Shown: positions 35,759 through 46,436, counted from the stretch's first letter. The stretch: 64,000 nt of DNA from Bacteroidota bacterium (GCA_037128705.1 JBAXVX010000009.1:42620-106619); one strand, 5' to 3'. Program-made: numbers and translations. Notes: a model not told the origin generated them from the sequence alone.

Positions 35759-37053
35759 TGTTTCCAGAAGTTTATCTCGTTTAGGATATACTGTGTCCTG
35801 ATCTGATAGACCAACCCGGCATGTTTTGCCTCTATCAGGTTCTTAATTGCCAGGATGTAATCGGTAATCAAGGCTGCCCCGGTATTTAAAAGGATTTTAT
35901 CGGCGGCAACCAATTCATGTGAAAGTGAAATCTGCTTTTCGTTTTCCTGCATATACCGGCGGGTTGTTTCCAGTTCGGACTGCAAGTGCCTGAGTTGGGA
36001 ATGATAGCGGAACCGGAAATTATCCTGGTAGTTCTTCCGGGTTTCTTCCTGCATGCGGATCTTCTGGTAATTAAATTTCCTTTGATTTCCGTCAAATATG
36101 GGCAGGGTCATGCTCAACCCGGCGCTGATGCCCAAATTCTGATACAGGTACTGCGGTTCGTTGTTAATCAAACCGCCATCGGCAAACCAGCTCACGACAG
36201 GTTTATACCTGCGGTCGATCAGCAGTTTCTCATTTTTTATCACCAGGCTGTCGATGACAAAACTGCGGAAAAATATGGAATTTTCTTCAGTCTTCCCCAG
36301 GTTATCATGGATGACGGGCAACGCCAGGTCGCAAAGAACCGTATCCCCGATGCCGCAGATCAGGTTGAGGTTCCACCATTCCCTCCTGTACTGGAGGTCA
36401 AGATCCCGGATATTTCGCCCTAGATTGAGCATTTCAACCTGCATTGAAAGATAGTCGGTTTGCCGGTAGATCCCTTTTTCGGTCCAGGCTTTCAAAATGG
36501 CCGCTTCGTTCTTCAATGAGGACAAGATCTCCTCCTGAAATGTAAGTTCTTCCCTGGCAGCATAGGCAGCGAGGTATTGCGCCGTGATGGCCTTTTTCAA
36601 TTCATTCAGACTAATATTTTTTGCATTTTTAAGTTTTCCGGACTCCAGCCCGTACTTCTCTGAATGGGCTTCCCGGTTTTTTTTATTAAAGATATCCTGG
36701 TTTACATTGATGGTGCCAATGAGGTTTTGCCCGTTGGTGATCACATCGCTGTAACCCCAATCGTTTATCACGGGGGCGTACATCATCAATCCGTTGAAAT
36801 TAACCTGGGGCAGGTAGCTGGCCCGGGAAATAAGGCTATCGTATTGGTTTAAAAGGATCTGGCTGGACAGGTCCTGTAAAACCGGGCTGTGTTTCACACC
36901 ATTGTCGATGTAATCAGAAAGGGTACAGACCTGGCTCATACCGGGATGGCAGATGAGCAGTTGAAGAAGGCAGGCAATCGCAATCCGTGATGAATGAAAC
37001 ACGCTGTGTAATTTTGCATTCAAATGTAAAGGACATTTTCCGATTTCAGGCAT
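35755..37053 (-). CDS. TolC-family outer membrane efflux protein
   Basis: It is the first gene of the tolC-MFP-RND operon, with helical-repeat sequence typical of OEP proteins. The start is uncertain: TTG 37086, ATG 37053 or GVG-type GTG 37002. Confidence 0.75.
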   Translation of the reverse strand: MPEIGKCPLHLNAKLHSVFHSSRIAIACLLQLLICHPGMSQVCTLSDYIDNGVKHSPVLQDLSSQILLNQYDSLISRASYLPQVNFNGLMMYAPVINDWGYSDVITNGQNLIGTINVNQDIFNKKNREAHSEKYGLESGKLKNAKNISLNELKKAITAQYLAAYAAREELTFQEEILSSLKNEAAILKAWTEKGIYRQTDYLSMQVEMLNLGRNIRDLDLQYRREWWNLNLICGIGDTVLCDLALPVIHDNLGKTEENSIFFRSFVIDSLVIKNEKLLIDRRYKPVVSWFADGGLINNEPQYLYQNLGISAGLSMTLPIFDGNQRKFNYQKIRMQEETRKNYQDNFRFRYHSQLRHLQSELETTRRYMQENEKQISLSHELVAADKILLNTGAALITDYILAIKNLIEAKHAGLVYQIRTQYILNEINFWKQ

Positions 37054-37282
37054 AGGTTCATCAACCTTAAGGGAATTCCTGGTCAACGATCGAAAGAGCT
37101 AAAATACAAAGATCCACACATTGAACCCGTTTTTCCGGCCGGAACAATAGCGGTATATTCCCGGAACGGTTTCGCCGCGTTCACATCAAGTAAACAAAAA
37201 CAAAAACAATGGAAATCAGGAGGTGGATGCGTTTCATAGCGACCATCGATTTAATAATTATCAAAGTTACGACTTCATTTAA

Positions 37283-37290
37283 TAACTTTG
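37283..37290 (+). promoter_or_regulatory. Candidate -7 box TAACTTTG upstream of a small ORF and cinA
   Basis: Matches TAnnTTTG, 25 nt upstream of the ATG at 37315. Confidence 0.35.
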
Positions 37291-37314
37291 AGGAACGAAT
37301 ATTTGCTTCCGGCC

Positions 37315-37461
37315 ATGACCCTCGTTGCGATAGTAAAAAAAAACAAATTCTCCATACTGCTTGTTCTCTCCTTCGTATTGCTGGAAAACATCTCCTGGAT
37401 CATTGAAAGTATCACATCTGTGAGGGATCTTAATTCAAGTCTGAAAGAAGAAAAAATATGA
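37315..37461 (+). CDS. Possible 48-aa small membrane protein translationally coupled to cinA
   Basis: My own translation is MTLVAIVKKNKFSILLVLSFVLLENISWIIESITSVRDLNSSLKEEKI. Its TGA overlaps the cinA ATG (ATGA). It is below the size cutoff of the ORF track. Confidence 0.25.
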   Translation: MTLVAIVKKNKFSILLVLSFVLLENISWIIESITSVRDLNSSLKEEKI

Positions 37462-38726
37462 ATGTTGAAATAATCAATATCGGCGATGAATTGCTGATCG
37501 GGCAGGTCATCAACACCAATGCTTCCTGGATGGCAGAACAGTTAAACCTGTCGGGATTCTCGGTCAGTCAGGTTACGGTGATCCGCGATGACCGGGAGCA
37601 TATCCTTGCATCACTAACCGGGGCGGAGCTGCGTGCCGGGATCGTACTAATCTCGGGAGGGATTGGCCCTACAAAGGATGACATCACCAAGCACACCCTG
37701 TGTGAATTCTTCGAAACCCGGCTTGTTTTTAATGAAGCGGCCTACCGCGATGTTGAGGAGATCTTTGCCAGGCGGGGCTATGCGGTCACCGAGCTCAACC
37801 GGCAGCAGGCCGAACTGCCTGAAACTTGCACAGGCATCCCCAATAAAGCCGGCACTGCACGGGGCATGTGGTTTGAGAAGGATCGTACCGTAGGCGGGAA
37901 AACAATTTTTGTCTCCATGCCGGGCGTACCCTTCGAGATGAAGGGAATGATGACCGGGTATGTCATACCAAGATTAAAAGAGATATTTCAAACCCCATTC
38001 ATCTATCACAGGACCCTGCTGACCCAGGGTATCGGAGAGTCCTTCCTGGCCGCCCACATCGAAAACTGGGAATCGGCCCTTCCCGGGAATATAAAACTGG
38101 CCTATTTGCCTCAACCGGGAATTGTCCGGCTCAGGTTATCGGGCACGGGCAGCCAGGAGCAGATCGTCCGGAAACAGGTGGATGCTGAAGCTGCAAAGCT
38201 GGAAAACCTCATCACGGAATATCTGTTTGGCTATGATGAGGACACCCTCGAAGAGATCATAGGAAAGTTATTAAAGGCCAATAACAAGACCCTGGCCACG
38301 GCCGAAAGCTGTACAGGAGGCTATATCGCCCATCTCATCACCAGCATCCCGGGGAGTTCTGCCTATTTCAAAGGATCTGTCGTGCCATACGCCAACCAGA
38401 TCAAGCAGAACATCCTGTTTATCCCCGACGATCTCCTGGAAAAGCACGGTGCTGTCAGCAGGGAGGTGGTTGCCGAAATGGCACTTGCAACTCAGACACT
38501 GTTTGACGTTGATTACGTGATCGCCACTTCCGGCATTGCCGGACCCGATGGCGGAACACCTGAAAAACCTGTCGGATCAACCTGGATAGCCATTGCCACA
38601 CCGGAGGAGGTCCTGGCACGCCATTACACCTTCGGCGACAGCCGCGATCGGAACATACGGAGAACGGCGTTGCAGGCGCTGAATCTGCTCAGGAAACAGA
38701 TCATCCTGGAAAAATCCAGGGAATAG
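37458..38726 (+). CDS. cinA: CinA-family competence/damage-inducible protein (MoCF domain plus nicotinamide-nucleotide amidohydrolase PncC domain)
   Basis: N-terminus MNVEIINIGDELLIGQVINTNASWMAEQL and the C-terminal domain motif ATAESCTGG. Confidence 0.9.
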   Translation: MNVEIINIGDELLIGQVINTNASWMAEQLNLSGFSVSQVTVIRDDREHILASLTGAELRAGIVLISGGIGPTKDDITKHTLCEFFETRLVFNEAAYRDVEEIFARRGYAVTELNRQQAELPETCTGIPNKAGTARGMWFEKDRTVGGKTIFVSMPGVPFEMKGMMTGYVIPRLKEIFQTPFIYHRTLLTQGIGESFLAAHIENWESALPGNIKLAYLPQPGIVRLRLSGTGSQEQIVRKQVDAEAAKLENLITEYLFGYDEDTLEEIIGKLLKANNKTLATAESCTGGYIAHLITSIPGSSAYFKGSVVPYANQIKQNILFIPDDLLEKHGAVSREVVAEMALATQTLFDVDYVIATSGIAGPDGGTPEKPVGSTWIAIATPEEVLARHYTFGDSRDRNIRRTALQALNLLRKQIILEKSRE

Positions 38727-38802
38727 GACTGGGATTTTCAGTCTAATTTCGGTTTGATTCTGATCTTTCGGTTTTTTCTTTGGTATTTTAAAATATAATA
38801 CC

Positions 38803-38810
38803 TATTTTTG
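38803..38810 (+). promoter_or_regulatory. Candidate -7 box TATTTTTG upstream of rpmB
   Basis: Matches TAnnTTTG, 37 nt upstream of the ATG at 38847. Confidence 0.45.
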
Positions 38811-38846
38811 CACTCCATTTTGAAGTACCTATTAATCAGGATAGCC

Positions 38847-39086
38847 ATGGCAAGGATTTGTGAAATCACTGGAAAGATTGCAATCAAGGGACATAAAGTC
38901 TCTCACTCCAATAAGAAATCGAAACGTTGGTTCAGCCCCAACATTCAAACCAAAACCTTCTTTGTGCAGGAAGAAAACCGTGATATTAAGCTGAGAGTAT
39001 CGGCCGAAGGGTTGCGCCACATGAATAAAAAGGGCGTATATGTCTGCATCAAGGAAGCAAGGGAAAAGGGATATCTTACCAAGTAA
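38847..39086 (+). CDS. rpmB: 50S ribosomal protein L28
   Basis: ATG 38847 gives MARICEITGKIAIKGHKVSHSNKKSKRWFSPNIQ, 79 aa in total. The track ORF starts upstream at 38808. Confidence 0.9.
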   Translation: MARICEITGKIAIKGHKVSHSNKKSKRWFSPNIQTKTFFVQEENRDIKLRVSAEGLRHMNKKGVYVCIKEAREKGYLTK

Positions 39087-39103
39087 GTTATTTTTCATGG
39101 GTA

Positions 39104-39136
39104 AAAATGCTGTTACCGGGTAACAGCATTTTTTTT
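39104..39136 (+). terminator. Rho-independent terminator after rpmB
   Basis: AATGCTGTTAC..GTAACAGCATT is a perfect inverted repeat, followed by a T run. Confidence 0.8.
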
Positions 39137-39203
39137 GCCCCTTCCGACAGGAAATAAATAGCTGGATTTAACGTTTTAACAGACTAAGAACCACCATCCG
39201 CGA

Positions 39204-39863
39204 ATGAATAAAAGCCTGTATTTTCTCCTTCTCTTACTCTGTTTTCCATTTATCGGAAAATCGCAGCAGGTCCAGAACCAGGATGACAACAGTACCTTAG
39301 TGCAATTTTCAGGGATGACCATTACGGCCGACAGCCTCAACCCGGTTCCCTATGCCCGCATCATTGATATTTGCAGCCACCGTGGTACGACGACCGATGT
39401 AAATGGTTACTTCTCCTTTGTGGCGCATAAAAGCGACACCGTAATCTTTTCAGCCCTCGGTTTTAAACCGGCCTCTTTCATCATCCCCGACACCATCACC
39501 AAGCAGAGATATTCCCTCATCCAGCTGATGTCGTCCGACACGCTTACACTGGCGGCGGCCTACATTTTTCCCTGGCCAACCCTGGAAGATTTTAAAAGGG
39601 CCTTCGTGGAATTGAAAATTCCTGACGATGACCTGGAGATTGCCCGAAAAAACCTGATGGACGCGGATATCCGCATGCGTGCCGAAGATTATCCGATGGA
39701 TGCAAACATGAATTACCGGAACTACATCGACAAGGAAACCAGCAAGCTTTACTACTTTGGGCAGCAACAACCCTTCAACATATTCAATCCCTTTGCCTGG
39801 GCGAAATTCATCAAAGCCTGGAAGGATGGAAAGTTCAAATCGAAGGAGGAGCGATTAAAATAA
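39204..39863 (+). CDS. Carboxypeptidase-regulatory-like domain protein (hypothetical, secreted)
   Basis: It has a signal peptide and VQFSGMTITADSLNPVPYARI..TTTDVNGYFSF..DTVIFSALGFKP, the CarboxypepD_reg pattern. Confidence 0.55.
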   Translation: MNKSLYFLLLLLCFPFIGKSQQVQNQDDNSTLVQFSGMTITADSLNPVPYARIIDICSHRGTTTDVNGYFSFVAHKSDTVIFSALGFKPASFIIPDTITKQRYSLIQLMSSDTLTLAAAYIFPWPTLEDFKRAFVELKIPDDDLEIARKNLMDADIRMRAEDYPMDANMNYRNYIDKETSKLYYFGQQQPFNIFNPFAWAKFIKAWKDGKFKSKEERLK

Positions 39864-39871
39864 CATCCTGT

Positions 39872-42313
39872 TTGAAAAAACTGTTTCAAATATTCGTTTT
39901 ACTGTTAAGTTCGGTGACCACGGTTGTGTGCGCCCAGCAAGCCACCAGCAACCCCGGGACCCTGTCAGGATGGGTCACCCTCTCCGGATCAAAACAACCC
40001 CTTCAGTTTGTCAACCTGGCAGTAAAAGGAACAACCATTGGTGCCACCACCGACAGGGAGGGACGATTTGAAATGAAGGTTCCTCCCGATACGAATATGG
40101 TCATCTTGTTTTCCTATGTCGGTTATGTCACCGATTCGGTCTCTTTTAAAATTTCAGGCGGAGAGCACAAGAGCATCAGGCTGACAATGACACCCAGTGC
40201 TACGCAACTTGAATCCATTGAGATAAAAGACCAGCAGTTGCGGACTAATTCGTTCAGCCGACTTGATCCAAAGGTGGTCACATTTATTCCGACCATCAAT
40301 GCAAGCGTGGAGGATCTCATCAAAACCATGCCCGGCGTTTCATCACGAAACGAATTGAGTTCGCAATACTCGGTTCGTGGCGGAAACTTTGACGAGAACC
40401 TGGTTTTTGTCAACGACATTGAGATATACCGGCCCTTTCTTGTCCGCTCGGGGCAGCAGGAGGGACAAAGTTTTCTGAATCCCGATCTCGTTTCAGGGAT
40501 ATCCTTTTCGGCCGGCGGATTTGATGCCAAGTATGGCGATAAAATGTCGTCGGTACTCGATATCAAATACAAAAAGCCGACTGAATTCGCCGCCTCTTTC
40601 GATGTAAGTCTCCTGGGCGCTTCTGGTCATGTGGAGGGGACTTTTACCAAGAAATTTTCCTATCTCCTGGGGGCCCGGTACAAGACCAACGCCTATCTGC
40701 TCAAAGGACTGGATACGAAAGGAAATTACAAACCACGTTTTTTCGATATCCAGGGAATGCTCAATTATGAATTCAACAAGAAATGGGAGTTATCTGTGCT
40801 GGGGACCTTTACAAACAATGACTACAAACTGATCCCTGAAACACGGGAAACCAGCTTCGGGACCCTGGATGAGGCCTATAAGATTACCATCTTTTTCGAT
40901 GGCCAGGAGGTTGACCGCTATCAGAACTGGTTGTCGGCGCTTACCCTCACTTATCGCCCCACGAGCAATATCCGCCTGAAACTGATCTCATCTGCATTTC
41001 AGACCTACGAGGCCGAAACATATGATATCTCGGGAGAATACTGGCTTGGCAAACTTGAGGTTTTCCAGGGGAACAGCCAGGGCCAGATCACCGAGATCAT
41101 GGGTGTGGGCGCCTACCTGCAACACGCCAGGAATTACCTCGATGGCACTGTGTTCAACATCGAGCACCGCGGATCGTGGGATAAGGCGAACAGCAGCATG
41201 AGCTGGGGCATCAAATACCAGCATGAATATTTCAAGTACGCCGTGAATGAATGGGAATTGCAGGATTCGGCCGGGTATTCACTCCCCCATCCGCATGATT
41301 CCCTGGGGTCGACCAATCCTCCCAAAAACGATCTTTACCTTTACAATGTCATCCAAACCAACAGCACGGTCAACACCAACCGCTATTCGGCCTTCATCCA
41401 GGATACATGGACCTTCAAAAACGAGACAAATGACATTTCACTCACGGCAGGTTTGCGCGCCATCTTTTATGATTACAACAGCCAGTTTTCACTGAATCCA
41501 AGGATCAATGTATCATTCAAGCCGCACTGGAAACACGAAACCGTTTTCAGGATTGCAGCAGGTTATTATTCACAGCCACCCACCTTCCGTGAAATGACCA
41601 ACCTGCAGGGCGACGTTGTTCCCGGGCTGAAGGCACAAACATCCATCCAGGTGGTGGCAGGCTCTGATTACTATTTTAAGGCCTGGAGCCGTCCGTTTAA
41701 ATTCGTGGCTGAGGTTTACTATAAAAATATCCAGAACCTGATCCCCTATGAAATTGATAACCTGAAGATACGATATTATGGCACCAATGACGCCCATGGA
41801 TACGCCACAGGGATTGATTTCAGGGTGAACGGTGAATTTGTCAAGGGGGCTGAATCGTGGGCCAGTTTATCCTTTATGAAAACAGAAGAATATTATGAGG
41901 GATCGTGGATCCCGAGACCGACAGATCAAAGAATGAGCCTGGCTATCTTTTTCCAGGATTATATTCCCAAATTTCCGACCTGGAAAATGAACCTCACCCT
42001 GGTATATGGTACCGGCCTTCCGTTCGGACCGCCGGACTCACCCCGGAAAGACCAGACCCTGCGCATTCCTCCTTACCGCCGTGTCGACATTGGGTTGTCG
42101 AAACAACTGATCAGCGAGCAAACCAAATTTTCTTCCAAAAATCCGCTTCGCGCCTTTAAGTCCATGTGGCTGTCACTGGAAATTTTCAACCTGTTGCAAA
42201 TCAACAATACCGTTTCGTACCAGTGGGTCACCGACATCAATGGCAAAGAGTACGCGGTTCCCAATTACCTGACCCCGAGAATGTTCAATTTGAAACTGGT
42301 GGCGCAGTTTTAG
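39872..42313 (+). CDS. TonB-dependent receptor-like outer membrane protein with an N-terminal CarboxypepD_reg domain
   Basis: It has a signal peptide, a GWVTLSGSKQPLQFVNLAVKGT..TDREGRFEM domain, a plug-like region and a C-terminal F. The start is a TTG. Confidence 0.7.
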   Translation: MKKLFQIFVLLLSSVTTVVCAQQATSNPGTLSGWVTLSGSKQPLQFVNLAVKGTTIGATTDREGRFEMKVPPDTNMVILFSYVGYVTDSVSFKISGGEHKSIRLTMTPSATQLESIEIKDQQLRTNSFSRLDPKVVTFIPTINASVEDLIKTMPGVSSRNELSSQYSVRGGNFDENLVFVNDIEIYRPFLVRSGQQEGQSFLNPDLVSGISFSAGGFDAKYGDKMSSVLDIKYKKPTEFAASFDVSLLGASGHVEGTFTKKFSYLLGARYKTNAYLLKGLDTKGNYKPRFFDIQGMLNYEFNKKWELSVLGTFTNNDYKLIPETRETSFGTLDEAYKITIFFDGQEVDRYQNWLSALTLTYRPTSNIRLKLISSAFQTYEAETYDISGEYWLGKLEVFQGNSQGQITEIMGVGAYLQHARNYLDGTVFNIEHRGSWDKANSSMSWGIKYQHEYFKYAVNEWELQDSAGYSLPHPHDSLGSTNPPKNDLYLYNVIQTNSTVNTNRYSAFIQDTWTFKNETNDISLTAGLRAIFYDYNSQFSLNPRINVSFKPHWKHETVFRIAAGYYSQPPTFREMTNLQGDVVPGLKAQTSIQVVAGSDYYFKAWSRPFKFVAEVYYKNIQNLIPYEIDNLKIRYYGTNDAHGYATGIDFRVNGEFVKGAESWASLSFMKTEEYYEGSWIPRPTDQRMSLAIFFQDYIPKFPTWKMNLTLVYGTGLPFGPPDSPRKDQTLRIPPYRRVDIGLSKQLISEQTKFSSKNPLRAFKSMWLSLEIFNLLQINNTVSYQWVTDINGKEYAVPNYLTPRMFNLKLVAQF

Positions 42314-42361
42314 GGGTGACAAGGTAACAGGGTAACAGGGTAACAGGGTAACAGGGTGATA
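42314..42361 (+). repeat. Octad array gggtgaca aggtaaca (gggtaaca)x3 gggtgata, starting at the first base after the TAG stop
   Basis: Direct reading: six phase-perfect 8-mers. Confidence 0.95.
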
Positions 42362-42379
42362 AAGAAATGAAGTAAAAAA

Positions 42380-42400
42380 TTCGTCATTCGACCTTCACTT
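42380..42400 (-). repeat. Degenerate heptads (plus strand ttcgtca ttcgacc ttcactt) spanning the stop and last codons of the C69 peptidase gene
   Basis: The minus strand reads aagtgaa ggtcgaa tgacgaa tttttt. The TGA stop lies in a GAATGAC-type context. Confidence 0.6.
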
Positions 42401-44120
42401 TAAGCCTGTCGCCAGTCCCATAAATCATTCTTTTTTCCCATTCCTTTCCATAGCCGGGCTGTGATGGCTTTTTGGGGATCCCTTTCCCGCTGCCGTTGTC
42501 GAGGAGTTTGAATCCATCGGTTTGCATGATATTCCCATCCTTATATTTCATGAAAAGGTAGTGATAGAAGTCCCGCCAGTCAGAAACCAATTGATTTCCT
42601 GTTTTGACCGAGTAATCCGTGATGCAGGCAATCCCCTCAGCGGGTGTTGCTTTATAAAGTGATGCTGCTTTTGTTTCAACAGCTTCAATCTCTTCCAGAA
42701 ATTTATTTTCAAGTTTATCCTGGTATCTCTCCACCTCGGGGTGGATGACATTGTATCTTGAGTAACCAAAATTATTCACCTGGTTAAAGGTCCAGAATGC
42801 GGATGTCTCGGACCATTGGATCATCGACCCATTGCCGACTGCAAAGCTGTTTGGGATGGCTGTTATTCCACAGTACATGGGTGCAAAAACGCAACCATCG
42901 GCGTCATCGACTCCAAACCAGAAAATGCCGCCCATGACATCGGGAAGCCATTGCCTCGACTGCGCCACAAAAACATACCCGGTTTGCTGAGTCGCAATTG
43001 CCCGTTCATGCAGGTATTCAATGCTGTCGACCTTGAATTCCATCGGGCGCCACCTGTAGGGAGCGCCGTAAGGTCCTGCGCCGAGATCAAAACGCATATC
43101 AAGCGGGGTTCCCTCGTAATGATCACGCATGGCCCTCATCATTGACTGCAGCGATACCAGTGAGTCGGGCTTTACCCACAGGGGCAGCCGGTTGGTCACA
43201 AAACCATTCGGGTTGGGCGATCCGTCGGCAAATTTTGAATCACGCCTGAGTTTTCCCAGCGCATAATCTGTACAGGCAGGATTGTTGCGAATTTCACTGT
43301 TTACCTGTCTGAAAAATGTCCAGATGCGTGCATCGCAGAACCTGGCTCCGCCAAAGTTTACGGGGTTGTATACATCAGAGAAGGAGAAGGTTGAATCCGG
43401 ACCTTTGAAAAATCGATGGGCACGGGCAAAGGTGACCACATCGGGTGAATGGTAGCAATCCTGTTGCGTGTTGTTCCAGTCGTTCTTTGGCTGAAAAGGG
43501 AACCGGGTGATGCGCGCCTGGTTTGCATGACCGCTCACAAATCCATCGGGGACCCTGCGTGCAACCCAAACCGCACCCTTTTCATATTTTCCCTTGCCGA
43601 TCAGTTCAAGGATCCACGCCTCACGGGCATCGGAAATGGCAAACGACTCCCCGCTGGTGGCGTAACCATATTTTTCAACCAGGTCGGTCATTACCCGGAT
43701 CATCTCCCGGGCCGTTTTCGACCGCTGCAACCCGATTTTCATCAGGGAACCGTAATCGAGGATGGCACCCTGCTGCGAAGAAAGAGAGTCAAGGCCGCCC
43801 CAGGTATCTTCGCCGATGGCCACCTGGTGTTCATTCATGAAGCCAACCACGGTATAGGTTTCCGGTGATTCAGGTATCTGCCCCAGCAATTTCCCGTTCT
43901 CATAATGGATGATATCCAGCATACTTCCGTTTTCGTGTTTTCCACCCGGATAAAAAAACAGGGCACCATACCGGGTGTGACTGTCGGCTGCATAGGTGAT
44001 CATCACCGACCCATCCTTACTGGCTCCTTTTGAAACAATGAGGTTGGTACATGCAATCAACGGATTGGCTAACAAAGCGATGGCAAACAACAAGGCTGAT
44101 AAAATAGGTAGTTTTTTCAT
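42384..44120 (-). CDS. C69-family dipeptidase
   Basis: The signal peptide ends ..LIACTNLIVSKGASKDGSVMITYAADS, placing the nucleophile Cys at the mature N-terminus. The protein is 578 aa. Confidence 0.8.
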   Translation of the reverse strand: MKKLPILSALLFAIALLANPLIACTNLIVSKGASKDGSVMITYAADSHTRYGALFFYPGGKHENGSMLDIIHYENGKLLGQIPESPETYTVVGFMNEHQVAIGEDTWGGLDSLSSQQGAILDYGSLMKIGLQRSKTAREMIRVMTDLVEKYGYATSGESFAISDAREAWILELIGKGKYEKGAVWVARRVPDGFVSGHANQARITRFPFQPKNDWNNTQQDCYHSPDVVTFARAHRFFKGPDSTFSFSDVYNPVNFGGARFCDARIWTFFRQVNSEIRNNPACTDYALGKLRRDSKFADGSPNPNGFVTNRLPLWVKPDSLVSLQSMMRAMRDHYEGTPLDMRFDLGAGPYGAPYRWRPMEFKVDSIEYLHERAIATQQTGYVFVAQSRQWLPDVMGGIFWFGVDDADGCVFAPMYCGITAIPNSFAVGNGSMIQWSETSAFWTFNQVNNFGYSRYNVIHPEVERYQDKLENKFLEEIEAVETKAASLYKATPAEGIACITDYSVKTGNQLVSDWRDFYHYLFMKYKDGNIMQTDGFKLLDNGSGKGIPKKPSQPGYGKEWEKRMIYGTGDRLKVKVE

Positions 44121-44161
44121 TGGTTCGCGATAAAAGGGTTGAACGGCTTAATCAAAAGATG

Positions 44162-44195
44162 AAAAAAAAGCCCCCGGAAAAAGATGCCGGAGGCT
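44162..44195 (-). terminator. Rho-independent terminator after rocD
   Basis: The minus strand reads AGCCTCCGG-catcttttt-CCGGGGGCT followed by T8. Confidence 0.7.
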
Positions 44196-44214
44196 GTTTA
44201 GGTAAAATGTGATT

Positions 44215-45438
44215 TTATTCCAGTTCCTTCATGGATCGGCGGATAATTTCCACAGCTTCATGGATCTGTTCTTCCGTAATCACCAGAGGTGGCGCAAAAC
44301 GGATGATGTGATCATGGGTTGGCTTGGCGAGCAGGCCGTTGTCGCGCATCTTCAGGCAAACATCCCATGCGCTCTTTCCATTAAACGGTTTGATCACGAT
44401 GGCATTCAGCAAACCCTTGCCACGAACGAGTTCGATATAGGGAGAGTTGATCTTGCGCAGTTCGTCCCTGAACAGGATACCCAGCTTTTCGGCATTCTCC
44501 GCCAGTTTCTCATCACGAACAACTTCGAGGGCTGCCATGGCCACTTTGGCTGCCACCGGGTTGCCTCCAAAGGTAGATCCGTGTTCGCCCGGATGAATGC
44601 ACATCATGATGTGATCATCGGCCAGCACCGCTGAAATTGGATACACCCCGCCCGACAATGCTTTGCCGAGGATCAGCACATCGGGCTTGAAACCTTCCCA
44701 GTCGCAGGCAAGCAAACGGCCTGTACGAGCAATGCCGGTTTGTACTTCGTCGGCGATAAACAGGACATTCTTCGACTTGCAAAGATCATATGCCTTCTTC
44801 AGATAACCTTCGTCGGGCACAAAAACACCCGCTTCTCCCTGGATGGGTTCAACCAGGAAACCTGCTACATTCGGATCTTCCAACGCATTTTCAAGGGCGG
44901 TGAGATCGTTGTACGGGATGGAAATGAAACCGGGCGTAAACGGTCCGAAATCCTTGCGGGCATCGGGATCATTCGACATGGATATCACCGTGATGGTACG
45001 GCCATGAAAGTTATTCTGGCAACAGATGATTTTTGCCTTGTCTTCAGGTATCCCCTTCACCATATAGCCCCATTTACGGGTAAGTTTCAGGGCGGTTTCA
45101 TCGCCTTCGGCGCCCGAATTCATCGGAAGCACACGCTGGTAGCCAAAATATTCAGTAATGAATTTCTCGTACGATCCAAGCACATTGTTGTAGAAAGCCC
45201 GGGAGGTCAATTCGAGGGTTTGAGCCTGTTCAATCAGGGCCCCGACGATCCTTGGATGGCAGTGACCCTGGTTCACGGCAGAATAGGCCGATAAAAAGTC
45301 ATAATAGCGTTTGCCTTCGACGTCCCACATGAAGACGCCTTTTCCTTTGGCTAACACAACAGGTAATGGATGGTAATTATGGGCCCCGTATTTGTCTTCG
45401 AGGTCAATCGCCATCTGCGAGGTTGTAATTTCGATCAT
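44215..45438 (-). CDS. rocD: Ornithine--oxo-acid aminotransferase
   Basis: [46 protein letters not shown] and a class III aminotransferase core. Confidence 0.88.
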   Translation of the reverse strand: MIEITTSQMAIDLEDKYGAHNYHPLPVVLAKGKGVFMWDVEGKRYYDFLSAYSAVNQGHCHPRIVGALIEQAQTLELTSRAFYNNVLGSYEKFITEYFGYQRVLPMNSGAEGDETALKLTRKWGYMVKGIPEDKAKIICCQNNFHGRTITVISMSNDPDARKDFGPFTPGFISIPYNDLTALENALEDPNVAGFLVEPIQGEAGVFVPDEGYLKKAYDLCKSKNVLFIADEVQTGIARTGRLLACDWEGFKPDVLILGKALSGGVYPISAVLADDHIMMCIHPGEHGSTFGGNPVAAKVAMAALEVVRDEKLAENAEKLGILFRDELRKINSPYIELVRGKGLLNAIVIKPFNGKSAWDVCLKMRDNGLLAKPTHDHIIRFAPPLVITEEQIHEAVEIIRRSMKELE

Positions 45439-45461
45439 AAATTTTATTTTGGAAATAAAGG

Positions 45462-46436
45462 TTATTTTTTAATGACAAATGAACCCGTATTCATTATTTC
45501 TTTTCCATCCATCAGGCGGAAGTAATAGGTTCCGTTTGGCAGGCTGTATACAGGTATTGCATTTTCTTCCTGCGAAACAGCATACGATCCGGCCAGTTTT
45601 CCGGCCACATTGTATACTTCCAATAAACCATCCTTCACCTCCCTGCTCAGTTTGATGTGGAGTATATCCGAAGCTGGATTGGGATAAACACGAACGCCGA
45701 TCTCCGGCATCAGCATCTGCTGAACTCCCGAAGGATACTCGAGCATAAGGGCATCCACATACATGGTGTTTCCAACCTGTCCGACACTGCCTACGAAACT
45801 TACCACATCAAAGCCGGCGCTGGAGACAATCAGCACGGTCATGGTATCAATGGCACCTCTGCCGGTATAACTGACCGGAACATCGAACTCTGTGTAGTGA
45901 GTGACGGGGCTTTTCTGGACCCATTTCCCGTAACCAATGGTGTCGCGCTTTTTAGCCGCAGCATTCCATTTTGAAAGCAGAATGACTGCCGAACAGGAAT
46001 CACCGTTCACCGGTTCAAATTTGTAATATCCTTTTAAATGCAGGGGTCTGCAATCAGCACATGGTCTGCCAAGCAAAGCTTTTACACCAACCATATCCAT
46101 GACAGCGGTTCCGATCATTCCCGGGATAAAAATGGTGACAGGTCCAAGAGGGAAGTTTGCCGATACGGCTCTGGCAGCATAGGTTCCCGAATATTTATCG
46201 GTGGTTTTAAAAACAGTGACCGGGCCAGGTCCGCCTGCGGTGGGCGGAACAGCGGCGAGTGAATTGAGGGTTGAAAGCCAGTTATCAGCAGGTCCCGTCC
46301 CTAAATCATCATAGTTCAATGAAGCACTAATAACGACATTATACCAGTTTTCAAAGTCACCGTTTGGGACATTTGATTGGGAATAGGCTGAATTCATAGC
46401 CAATGCAAGCAAAAGAATGGTAAACATTTTTTTCAT
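45462..46436 (-). CDS. Secreted hypothetical protein with a T9SS C-terminal sorting domain (possibly PCMD-like)
   Basis: A signal peptide is followed by an NGDFENW N-terminus. The CTD reads [32 protein letters not shown]. Confidence 0.55.
   Translation of the reverse strand: MKKMFTILLLALAMNSAYSQSNVPNGDFENWYNVVISASLNYDDLGTGPADNWLSTLNSLAAVPPTAGGPGPVTVFKTTDKYSGTYAARAVSANFPLGPVTIFIPGMIGTAVMDMVGVKALLGRPCADCRPLHLKGYYKFEPVNGDSCSAVILLSKWNAAAKKRDTIGYGKWVQKSPVTHYTEFDVPVSYTGRGAIDTMTVLIVSSAGFDVVSFVGSVGQVGNTMYVDALMLEYPSGVQQMLMPEIGVRVYPNPASDILHIKLSREVKDGLLEVYNVAGKLAGSYAVSQEENAIPVYSLPNGTYYFRLMDGKEIMNTGSFVIKK

Noticed and set aside
37209-37406. 65-aa track ORF in the tolC-cinA intergenic region.
   Set aside because: It has no promoter box or coupling signal and an unremarkable composition. 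The alternative 48-aa frame at 37315..37461 fits the TAACTTTG box and the ATGA overlap better, although that frame is itself low confidence.
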